NCBI GenBank assembly: GCA_017459565.1
Contig: JAFUCP010000084.1
Coordinates: forward strand, 19,716 to 43,715
Length of the DNA stretch: 24,000 nucleotides
Source of the DNA: Clostridia bacterium
GTDB taxonomy: Bacteria > Bacillota > Clostridia > Christensenellales > Aristaeellaceae
Reading direction: 5' to 3'
Shown here: one piece after another, positions 1 through 6,542 of the stretch
How positions within the stretch are numbered: the first letter of the stretch is position 1
Layout of the letters: every line of letters starts with the position of its first letter
Made by a program: the position numbers and the translations under genes
The notes under the pieces: generated by a model
The model's database searches: none
Told to the model about the DNA's origin: nothing
Seen by the model: only the letters and a program-made list of their open reading frames with translations

Positions 1-607
1 GCGCCTCTTTGGGAACGTCCACGGTACGGGTATGGCAGACGGTGACGGTGGCGTTTTTGCCCATCAGCATCATGGCCGCGGGCTTGCCCACCACCAGGCT
101 GCGCCCGATGACCACGGCCTTCTTGCCCTTGCAATCGATGCCGTAATAGTCCAGTATCTCCATGCATGCCTGGGGCGTGCAGGGCGGGAAGCCCAGGTCC
201 TTGCGGCCCTCAAACACGCCCGCGTTGGACAGGTCGGTCATGCAGTCCACGTCCTTGGCGGGATCAAGGGTGTTGCAAATTTCATCCTGATCGGCCTTCA
301 GGTGCTTCGGCAGGGGGCGGAACATCAGCACGCCATGGATGGATGCGTCTGCGTTGACGGCCTTGATCTGCGCGATCAGGTCCTCCTTGGTCACATCCTC
401 GGGCAGTACGAATTTTTCAACCTCGACGCCGATCAGCTCCGCGCGGGCGGTCGCTCCCTTCTCATAGGAGAGGTCGGAGGGGTTTTCGCCGCAGCGGATG
501 ATGCCCAGCTTCGGGGTAATCCCCTTTTCCTTCAGCTCAGCCACCCTGGCCTGCAGCTTCGCGTTCAGCGCGGCGGTGACTTCCTTGCCCAGCAATTGCT
601 TTGCCAT
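1..607 (-). CDS. folD: Bifunctional methylene-THF dehydrogenase / methenyl-THF cyclohydrolase FolD, N-terminal ~202 codons (gene continues past the left edge)
   Basis: Own translation of the minus strand from ATG 607-605 (GGAGG upstream: ataacggaggctgaaaatATG) stays open to position 1. It reads MAKQLLGKEVTAALNAKLQARVAELKEKGITPKLGIIRCGENPSDLSYEKG...KAVVIGRSLVVGKPAAMMLMGKNATVTVCHTRT, the typical FolD NAD(P)-binding signature. It is absent from the ORF track because no stop lies in the window. Confidence 0.85.
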   Translation of the reverse strand, partial: MAKQLLGKEVTAALNAKLQARVAELKEKGITPKLGIIRCGENPSDLSYEKGATARAELIGVEVEKFVLPEDVTKEDLIAQIKAVNADASIHGVLMFRPLPKHLKADQDEICNTLDPAKDVDCMTDLSNAGVFEGRKDLGFPPCTPQACMEILDYYGIDCKGKKAVVIGRSLVVGKPAAMMLMGKNATVTVCHTRTVDVPKEA

Positions 608-629
608 ATTTTCAGCCTCCGTTATTCTT

Positions 630-1253
630 TCAGAAGAAGTTTTTACGCACGCCTTCAAAGACCTCGTCGGCCAGTGCGCAGTATTTGTCCAGCATACCGT
701 TGGCCTTTGCGTTCAGCTCCTCGGCCAGCTGGCGGTTTTTCAGGCTCTTGGTGTTGATGAACACGTTGAGGGACGCGCTTTGCAGCGCCGCCTTGCAACA
801 CACTGCGCCGCAGCCGGCGTCGGACACCGCGAGGCGGGAGCCCTTGGCCGCAAACACGGCGATGGCGTCGATGGCGTCGCAGCAAAGCTCCATGATCTTC
901 ATGGGTACCCTACAGGCCACGATGGTGGCTTCCTCCAGCACCTTGTCGCGGTTGGGATCGTCCTTGGGAATACCGTAGGCCTTCGCCAGGGGCTCAAAGC
1001 CCTCCGCGTCGGCGGGCACCTGGTCCATGAGGTCCTTCTGCAGGCCGTCGCACTTCGCCTTGAGCGCGATGATCTCCGCCTCAACATCCGCATACTTTTT
1101 CTTACCCACGGTGAGGGAGCCCACCATGTTGCCCAGCGCCGTGCCGATGGCGCCCACCAGCGCCGCTGCGCCGCCGCCGCCCGGAACGGGGGCGTTGGAG
1201 GCCAGCACCTCCACAAATTCCCGACAGGAATTCAGCGTGAAATCCGTTGCCAT
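630..1253 (-). CDS. fchA: Methenyltetrahydrofolate cyclohydrolase (FTCD_C / cyclodeaminase family)
   Basis: Track ORF 630..1448 trimmed to the ATG at 1253, which is preceded by AAGGAG (tgacaaaggagaaaacgatATG); 207 aa. The G-rich motif APVPGGGGAAALVGAIGTALGNMV is typical of the cyclohydrolase/cyclodeaminase family. It sits between fhs and folD, as in clostridial WL clusters. Confidence 0.85.
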   Translation of the reverse strand: MATDFTLNSCREFVEVLASNAPVPGGGGAAALVGAIGTALGNMVGSLTVGKKKYADVEAEIIALKAKCDGLQKDLMDQVPADAEGFEPLAKAYGIPKDDPNRDKVLEEATIVACRVPMKIMELCCDAIDAIAVFAAKGSRLAVSDAGCGAVCCKAALQSASLNVFINTKSLKNRQLAEELNAKANGMLDKYCALADEVFEGVRKNFF

Positions 1254-1306
1254 ATCGTTTTCTCCTTTGTCAAAGCAGTGATTATCAGGTACCAATACGC
1301 CCATAG

Positions 1307-1325
1307 GGGCGGCCAATGGCCGCCC
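1307..1325 (-). other. Perfect 8-bp GC hairpin (GGGCGGCC-aat-GGCCGCCC) in the 207-nt fhs-fchA spacer
   Basis: The inverted repeat is read directly from the sequence. No U-tract follows on the transcribed (minus) strand, so it is more likely an RNA stability/processing stem than a terminator. Confidence 0.4.
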
Positions 1326-1460
1326 GCCAGACGCGCCTTTCAGCGTTGCCTTCGGCGGACGGCGCATCGCCGCCCCTACAGATGCGTTTGATTGCACAGA
1401 TTCATCCTTCAGGCCGTGCCGTATCCGCAGACTGCCCTCAGGCTGCATCCGTCAAGCAGC

Positions 1461-3221
1461 TTAGAACAGGCCGCTGACCTTGCCGGTCTCGGTGTCCACA
1501 TCCACGCGGCGATAGGCCGGGTCGGACGCGGTGCCGGGCATCATGGAGATGGTGCCGGCCATCGGGCAAAGGAACTTCGCTCCGCCGTACTCCAGGATGT
1601 CGCGGATGGGCAGCCGCCAGCCCTTCGGCACGCCCTTGAGAGCCGGGTCGTGGGACAGGGACAGATGGGTCTTGACCATCATGGTGCAGTAATCCGCGTA
1701 CTTGGGATCGCTCTCAAAGCGCTTGGCCTTCTCGATGGCCAGAGGCGCCCAGTCGACGCCGTCCGCGCCGTAGACTTCCTTGGCAATGCGCTCCACGCGC
1801 TCGCGCAGGGGCATCTCCAGGTCGTACAGGAACTTGATCTCGGGCTTCTGCTCGCAGGCTTCGACGACCACCTGGGCCAGCTCCTTCGCGCCTTCGCCGC
1901 CATAGCGCCAGTGGTTGGACTGGGCGCAGCGCACGCCGCGCTCGGCGCACAGGCGCTTGATCAGGTTGATCTCGTTATCGGTATCGGTATAGAACTGGTT
2001 GATGCAGACCACGGGCACAATGCCGGACTTGAGGACGGTGTTCACGTGATGGAACAGGTTCTCGCAGCCCTTTTCCACCAGCTCCAGGTTCTCCTCGGTG
2101 TATTCCACGGGCAGCGGACGGCCGGGAGAAACCTTGGGCCCGCCGCCGTGCATCTTGAGGGCGCGGACGGTGGCCACGATGACGGAGACATTCGGGGTCA
2201 GCCCGGACAGGCGGGTCTTGACGTTCCAGAACTTTTCAAAGCCGATATCCGCGGCGAAGCCGGACTCCGTCACATGATAGTCGAACAGCTTCAGAGCCAG
2301 GCGGTCCGCGATGACGGAGCTTTGGCCGATGGCGATGTTGGCGAAGGGGCCGGCGTGAATCAGCACGGGCTGATGTTCCACGGTGTAGCACATGGTGGGA
2401 TTGATGGTGTTGCGCATCCAGGCGGTCATGGCGCCGGCAACCTCCAGATCCTCGCAGGTCACGGGTTCGCCGCTGCGGCTGTAGGCCACGACGATCTTGC
2501 CGATGCGCTCACGCAGGTCCTTGAGGTCCTTGGCGACGGCCAGAATGGCCATCAGCTCAGAACCGACGGCGATGCCGAACTTGCTCTCCATCAGATATCC
2601 GTCCTTGTTGCCGCCGACGCCGATGATGATGTTGCGCAGGCCCTGGGCGCAGAAGTCCAGCACCCAGCCCATTTCGACGCGCTTGGGATCGATATCCAGG
2701 CGACGGCCCATGTTGTGCTTGGCCATCTCTTCATCGGTATAGTTGCGCTCATGCTGCATACGGGCGTTCAGCGCCACCATGGCCAGGTTGTGGGCGTTCA
2801 TGATGTCGTTGATATCGCCGGTCAGGCCCAGGGAGAACTCCGTCATGGGCATCAGCAGGGCGTTGCCACCGCCGGCAGCAGTGCCCTTGACGTTCATGGT
2901 GGGGCCGCCGGAGGGCTGGCGCAGCGCGCCGCCGACGTTCTTGCCGATCTTTGCCAGGCCCTCGATCAGACCCAGAGAAACGGTGGACTTGCCCTCGCCC
3001 AAGGGAGTGGGAGTGATAGCGGTAACTTCGATGAACTTGCCGTCGGGCTTGTCCTTCAGACGATTCATGATCTTGATAAAGTCAAGCTTCGGGGTCTTGC
3101 CGTAGGGAATGATTTCATCGGGCAGCAGGCCCAGCTTCTCCCGGAAGAATTCCACGGGGGGCAGCGTTTTTTCCGCTTCTTCCGCGATTTGCCAGTCTTT
3201 GTAGATCGTAGGATCAAGCAT
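1461..3221 (-). CDS. fhs: Formate--tetrahydrofolate ligase
   Basis: 586 aa with the hallmark [11 protein letters not shown] nucleotide-binding motif and full-length FTHFS-like sequence. SD is ttgaaggaggaacccccaaATG. Confidence 0.95.
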   Translation of the reverse strand: MLDPTIYKDWQIAEEAEKTLPPVEFFREKLGLLPDEIIPYGKTPKLDFIKIMNRLKDKPDGKFIEVTAITPTPLGEGKSTVSLGLIEGLAKIGKNVGGALRQPSGGPTMNVKGTAAGGGNALLMPMTEFSLGLTGDINDIMNAHNLAMVALNARMQHERNYTDEEMAKHNMGRRLDIDPKRVEMGWVLDFCAQGLRNIIIGVGGNKDGYLMESKFGIAVGSELMAILAVAKDLKDLRERIGKIVVAYSRSGEPVTCEDLEVAGAMTAWMRNTINPTMCYTVEHQPVLIHAGPFANIAIGQSSVIADRLALKLFDYHVTESGFAADIGFEKFWNVKTRLSGLTPNVSVIVATVRALKMHGGGPKVSPGRPLPVEYTEENLELVEKGCENLFHHVNTVLKSGIVPVVCINQFYTDTDNEINLIKRLCAERGVRCAQSNHWRYGGEGAKELAQVVVEACEQKPEIKFLYDLEMPLRERVERIAKEVYGADGVDWAPLAIEKAKRFESDPKYADYCTMMVKTHLSLSHDPALKGVPKGWRLPIRDILEYGGAKFLCPMAGTISMMPGTASDPAYRRVDVDTETGKVSGLF

Positions 3222-3334
3222 TTGGGGGTTCCTCCTTCAACATTTCATTCATCACTATGGCGGTTAAACGCGGGCCTTCAGCCCGGCGAAACGTCCCTGT
3301 TCGCGGACGCGCGCACACGCGCTCACCATTCGTC

Positions 3335-3363
3335 AGTATAGCATGATTGTTCGATTATGTCAA
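3335..3363 (-). promoter_or_regulatory. Sigma-A type promoter for fhs-fchA-folD (TTGACA-17-TATACT)
   Basis: Minus-strand reading: TTGACA (3363-3358), a 17-nt spacer taatcgaacaatcatgc, then TATACT (3340-3335). It lies in an AT-rich island and leaves a leader of roughly 105 nt. Confidence 0.55.
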
Positions 3364-3446
3364 TAAATCATAGGGATATTATGACTATAATTCGATGTTA
3401 AGCCACACCCGACGCAGGTTTCGCCATCGCATCCGAGCTTGGGTCA

Positions 3447-3476
3447 TTGACAGATAACCACATAATATGATACATT
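3447..3476 (+). promoter_or_regulatory. Candidate promoter for the trigger-factor-like gene (TTGACA-18-TACATT with TGn extended -10)
   Basis: TTGACA at 3447-3452 and TACATT at 3471-3476, preceded by tga. The spacer is 18 nt, so this is only moderate support. Confidence 0.35.
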
Positions 3477-3512
3477 AATTTTATCACATCAGAAACGGAG
3501 TGTCAATACAAC

Positions 3513-4466
3513 ATGCTGCAATACAAGTCACTTAAGGGCACGCTGGAAAGGCTCATCGTATCCGACGCGCAGGTGGACGACCAGATCGAACAGCTGCTTC
3601 AACAGCACGCGCGCGTCATCCCCGTGACGGACCGCGAAAGCCGCCTGGACGACGAGCTTCTGCTGGACTACGCGGGCTTCTGCGACGGCGAACCGTTCGA
3701 GGGCGGCACGGCGCAGGACCAGACGCTCCTGCTGGGCAGCGGCACGTTCATTCCCGGCTTTGAGGAACAGCTTGTGGGCAAAAGAGCGGGCGACGAGGTC
3801 GACGTGCGCGTCACCTTCCCCAGCCCCTACCACGCCCCGGCGCTGGCGGGCAGGGAGGCCGTGTTCCACTGCCACGTCAAGGAAATCCGCCTGCGGCAGC
3901 GCTATGCCCCGGACGACGCGTTTGCCCGCGAGGTGGGTGGCTTCGACAGCTTCGCGGCCATGCGCGAAGCCATGCGCCAGGGCTTGCAGGCCTATGCGGA
4001 CCGGCAGGCGGACGAGGAATTGAAGCTGCGCTTGTTGGACGCGCTGACGGAAAACTACGCCTGCGACATCACCGACGCACAGCTTGAGAGCGCCATAGAG
4101 GCGCAGATGCAGTCCCTCACGGCACAGCTTTCCCGCCAGGGATTGACGCTGGACGCCTACTGTCAATTCACTGGCAAGACAAAGGCGCAGCTTCGCCGGG
4201 ACTGCGAGCCCGACGCCAGGAAGGCCGTCATCCGCCAGAGCGCGCTGGCGGAGATCGCCCGGCAGGAGGGGCTGGAAGCCGACGAAGAATCCGTCGCCGA
4301 GGCCATCCGACAGCTTTGCCGGGACAACCACATGACCCTCGAGCAGCTGACGCCCCTGCTGGACGAAAGCGCCCAGCGCGCCATCGTGCAAAACGTCATC
4401 ACGCAGAAGGCGCTGGACTGTCTGCGGGACAACGCCGTCGTCGAGACCGTCCAGCGCCACGCATAG
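3513..4466 (+). CDS. Trigger-factor paralog lacking the ribosome-binding N-domain (FKBP-type PPIase domain + TF C-terminal chaperone domain)
   Basis: 317 aa. DELLLDYAGFCDGEPFEGGTAQDQTLLLGSGTFIPGFEEQLVGKRAGDEVDVRVTFP matches the trigger-factor PPIase core (..IDF.G..DG..F.GG....L.LG.G.FIPGFE..L.G). It is followed by a long helical TF C-domain-like region. By eye the protein aligns with E. coli TF only from about residue 115. The upstream 290 bp is AT-rich promoter DNA and leaves no room for an N-domain. Confidence 0.8.
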   Translation: MLQYKSLKGTLERLIVSDAQVDDQIEQLLQQHARVIPVTDRESRLDDELLLDYAGFCDGEPFEGGTAQDQTLLLGSGTFIPGFEEQLVGKRAGDEVDVRVTFPSPYHAPALAGREAVFHCHVKEIRLRQRYAPDDAFAREVGGFDSFAAMREAMRQGLQAYADRQADEELKLRLLDALTENYACDITDAQLESAIEAQMQSLTAQLSRQGLTLDAYCQFTGKTKAQLRRDCEPDARKAVIRQSALAEIARQEGLEADEESVAEAIRQLCRDNHMTLEQLTPLLDESAQRAIVQNVITQKALDCLRDNAVVETVQRHA

Positions 4467-4486
4467 CGCCATATCGGATTTTTCGC

Positions 4487-5404
4487 TCATTCCTCGCCCG
4501 AATCGCCGCGTTCGCCCAGCGGCATGGCCTCCAGCGCGAAGTCCCGGAAGGCGGCCTGCTCCGGCGTGAGATACTTTTTCTTGTGGACAAAATACAGGTG
4601 GTAGGGCATGGTTCCCTCCAGGGGAAAGGCCAGCAGCCTGCCATCGGCCACGTCCTCGCGAACGGCCACCTCTGAAATCACGGAGATGCCCACGCCGGAG
4701 GCCACCAGGCGCTTGATGCTCTCGGTATCGTCCACGGCGGACACGACCTTCAGCTTGAGCTGCGGAATATACAGCTTTGACCAGCGCAGGAATTCCTGTT
4801 GCAGCGTGGAGGTGCTGCTCCGGGTGATCAACGGCTCTTCACCAAACAGCGCGTTGGGAAAAATCTGGCCGTGCAGCGCCTGGAAGCGCGCTTCGTTGGG
4901 CGCGATCACCACGAGGTTGGCCATGGCGTAATGCCTGACGGCATAGTCGGAATCCATCAGCTTTGTGGTGCAAAAGGCAAATTCCGTGCCGTCTGATTGC
5001 AGGCGGGAATAGATTTCCGAATGGTTGCAGGTGATGAAATTGAAGCTGACTTGCGGGTGCTGAGCGCAGAATCGGATCACCAGGTCCGTCAGATAATAGC
5101 GCACGATGTAGGGCGTCGCCACGATGTTCACGGATTTCGCGTCCCGGTTCGCGCAGCTGAGGGCAAAAATGCTGTCCCGGTTCAGCTTGAGCATCTGCCG
5201 GGCATATTCATAAAAGGTGCGCCCGTCCTGGCTCAGCTCCATACTGCGGGTGGTTCGGTTCAGAAGGCGCGTGCCCAGCTCCGTCTCCAGCTTGCGAATG
5301 TGAATCGTCACCATGGACTGGGAAAGCTGCAGCCGCTCGGCGGCGTTGGAGAAGCTGCCCTCGTCCACGGCGGCAACAAAGGATTCCAGTTGCTTGAAGT
5401 CCAT
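4487..5404 (-). CDS. LysR-family transcriptional regulator
   Basis: 305 aa. The N-terminal wHTH MDFKQLESFVAAVDEGSFSNAAERLQLSQSMVTIHIRKLETELGTRLLNRTTRSMELSQDG is the canonical LTTR signature, and a C-terminal substrate-binding domain follows. SD is acaggagaacgatcggATG. Confidence 0.9.
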   Translation of the reverse strand: MDFKQLESFVAAVDEGSFSNAAERLQLSQSMVTIHIRKLETELGTRLLNRTTRSMELSQDGRTFYEYARQMLKLNRDSIFALSCANRDAKSVNIVATPYIVRYYLTDLVIRFCAQHPQVSFNFITCNHSEIYSRLQSDGTEFAFCTTKLMDSDYAVRHYAMANLVVIAPNEARFQALHGQIFPNALFGEEPLITRSSTSTLQQEFLRWSKLYIPQLKLKVVSAVDDTESIKRLVASGVGISVISEVAVREDVADGRLLAFPLEGTMPYHLYFVHKKKYLTPEQAAFRDFALEAMPLGERGDSGEE

Positions 5405-5438
5405 CCGATCGTTCTCCTGTATTTATGAATCGGATTAC

Positions 5439-5467
5439 ATTATATATTAATAAATGCGAATTGTCAA
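5439..5467 (-). promoter_or_regulatory. Exact-consensus sigma-A promoter for the LysR gene (TTGACA-17-TATAAT)
   Basis: Minus-strand reading: TTGACA (5467-5462), spacer attcgcatttattaata, then TATAAT (5444-5439). An AT-rich dyad TTAT-N6-ATAA overlaps the spacer and -10 and may be an LTTR autoregulatory box. Confidence 0.55.
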
Positions 5468-5504
5468 ACGGTAACGCAGCTCCCGGCGTCCCTTTTCAGG
5501 GGAT

Positions 5505-6140
5505 TCAGACCATCCTGCGCTTGATATCCGAAATCAGTATGTCCCCCACCACCGTGCGATCCTCCGCCGAGAAGGCCTGGGGAAAGTTATCGGAAAATAA
5601 AATCTGGCTGTTGGGCGGGAATTCGTCGTCCCCCTCCCACACGATCAGCCGCACATCGTAGCCGGGCATGATTTCCAGCTGGTACGCGGCATCCCCCTGC
5701 CTGAGGGGAATGACCGGCAGCTGCTCCGCCGCCCGGGCGAAGGCATCCAGCCGCGGCCCAAAGGCAAAGGCGGCCCGCGTCAGACAGCGGCCCGTGAAGG
5801 GCTTCAGATACACCTCGCCCCATGGCATCTCCCGGTAGGGCAAAAAGACGCCCGTGCCCACGGAGCGCCGGCCCTCCAGCAGATAGCGGATCAGCAGCAT
5901 CTGGGCCGGCAGGTTTGTCAGTGCAAAGCCCGTTTCATCGGCGCTGCCGATGGCGAATTTGGGCCACGCGATCTGATAGTCCACATACAAAAGGCGCACG
6001 GTAAACAGTCCCGTCCCGCCATCAAATTTCACGCCGCAGCGCTGCGCCGCCTCGACGGGGTCCAGTTTTTCAAACAGCGCGGTATAATGCTCAAAGGGCA
6101 CCATTTCCTTGTGATTTTCCACGTTTCGCATCGAAAACAA
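5505..6140 (-). CDS. Conserved hypothetical protein, DUF3786-like (family recalled as often linked to corrinoid/acs loci)
   Basis: 211 aa, starting 18 nt downstream of the ferredoxin gene (coupled) with SD gggagaggttgttttcgATG. The family assignment is from memory of DUF3786-type sequences and has not been verified. Confidence 0.5.
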   Translation of the reverse strand: MFSMRNVENHKEMVPFEHYTALFEKLDPVEAAQRCGVKFDGGTGLFTVRLLYVDYQIAWPKFAIGSADETGFALTNLPAQMLLIRYLLEGRRSVGTGVFLPYREMPWGEVYLKPFTGRCLTRAAFAFGPRLDAFARAAEQLPVIPLRQGDAAYQLEIMPGYDVRLIVWEGDDEFPPNSQILFSDNFPQAFSAEDRTVVGDILISDIKRRMV

Positions 6141-6158
6141 CCTCTCCCGGTTTCATGT

Positions 6159-6452
6159 TTAATCCCTGACCAGCAGCGTCGCGTCGCCCATGACATGGGC
6201 CATGCACGCCAGCCTCCAGCCCGCATCATATTCTACATCGGCAATGTAAAAGGATTTCGAAGCCCGCAGCTTGCCATTCAGAATTCGCACACGGCACTTT
6301 CCGCAGGAGCCGTTGCCATCGCAGGGCGCGAAAACGGGGATTCTGCCCCGGCGCGCCACCGCAAGCAGGTTTTCGCCCACCCGGGCCGCGACGCGCACAT
6401 CCTCCTCGTCCTCCTCCAAACGAAAGGTGATCAGGCAGCTTTCATCCTGCAT
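6159..6452 (-). CDS. Small [2Fe-2S] ferredoxin resembling the N-terminal domain of RACo-type corrinoid activators
   Basis: Track ORF trimmed to the ATG at 6452 (SD gagaggggaaagcgcgATG); 97 aa. The cysteine pattern is C-D-G-N-G-S-C-G-K-C-R-V ... L-A-C-M, that is C-x5-C-x2-C...C. Confidence 0.8.
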   Translation of the reverse strand: MQDESCLITFRLEEDEEDVRVAARVGENLLAVARRGRIPVFAPCDGNGSCGKCRVRILNGKLRASKSFYIADVEYDAGWRLACMAHVMGDATLLVRD

Positions 6453-6473
6453 CGCGCTTTCCCCTCTCACGGA

Positions 6474-6500
6474 CACAGGGGCGGCAATGCCGCCCCTGTG
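6474..6500. other. Perfect 12-bp GC hairpin (CACAGGGGCGGC-aat-GCCGCCCCTGTG) between acsB and the ferredoxin gene
   Basis: Read directly from the sequence. A T-run (atattttctc) follows only on the plus strand, so on the minus-strand mRNA there is no U-tail. A second 6-bp stem, GCCGGG-N5-CCCGGC, lies at 6519-6535. Confidence 0.45.
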
Positions 6501-6542
6501 ATATTTTCTCTGCCATCAGCCGGGAAAACCCCGGCGGACCGA

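Noticed and set aside
32-757. 241-aa plus-strand ORF (with nested 166..357 and 498..1391 ORFs) covering the left end
   Set aside because: It is antisense to folD and fchA, whose translations carry clear family signatures. The translation here is low-complexity (Ala/Gly/His/Leu/Arg-rich), has no SD, and is typical of GC-rich antisense frames.
1254-1448. Longer N-termini offered by the ORF track (fchA 272 aa; also cooT 104 aa, small ORF 110 aa, gerM 393 aa, carboxypeptidase 404 aa, rqcH 585 aa, ferredoxin 105 aa, metF 315 aa)
   Set aside because: In each case an internal ATG is preceded at 6-10 nt by a strong GGAGG-type SD and gives the family-typical N-terminus (for example the Met-Cys start of CooT, or the signal peptide of the carboxypeptidase). 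The upstream extensions are Arg/Pro/Cys-rich junk or begin at TTG.
3222-3334. ZTP (pfl) or THF riboswitch in the fhs leader
   Set aside because: I could not find the conserved ZTP elements (GGGUCGUGACUGGCG-like 5' core or the CCGCCUGGGC 3' pseudoknot strand; only 'aaccgccauag' is present), nor a THF-like fold. I keep only a low-interest note pending an Infernal scan.
1392-3341. 649-aa plus-strand ORF
   Set aside because: It is the antisense shadow of fhs, whose sense frame carries the [11 protein letters not shown] motif. It shows no recognisable domains and is Gly/Ala/His/Leu-rich.
4467-4486. Expected bidirectional terminator between the convergent tig-like and lysR genes
   Set aside because: The gap is only 20 nt and contains no stem-loop, so no feature can be supported.
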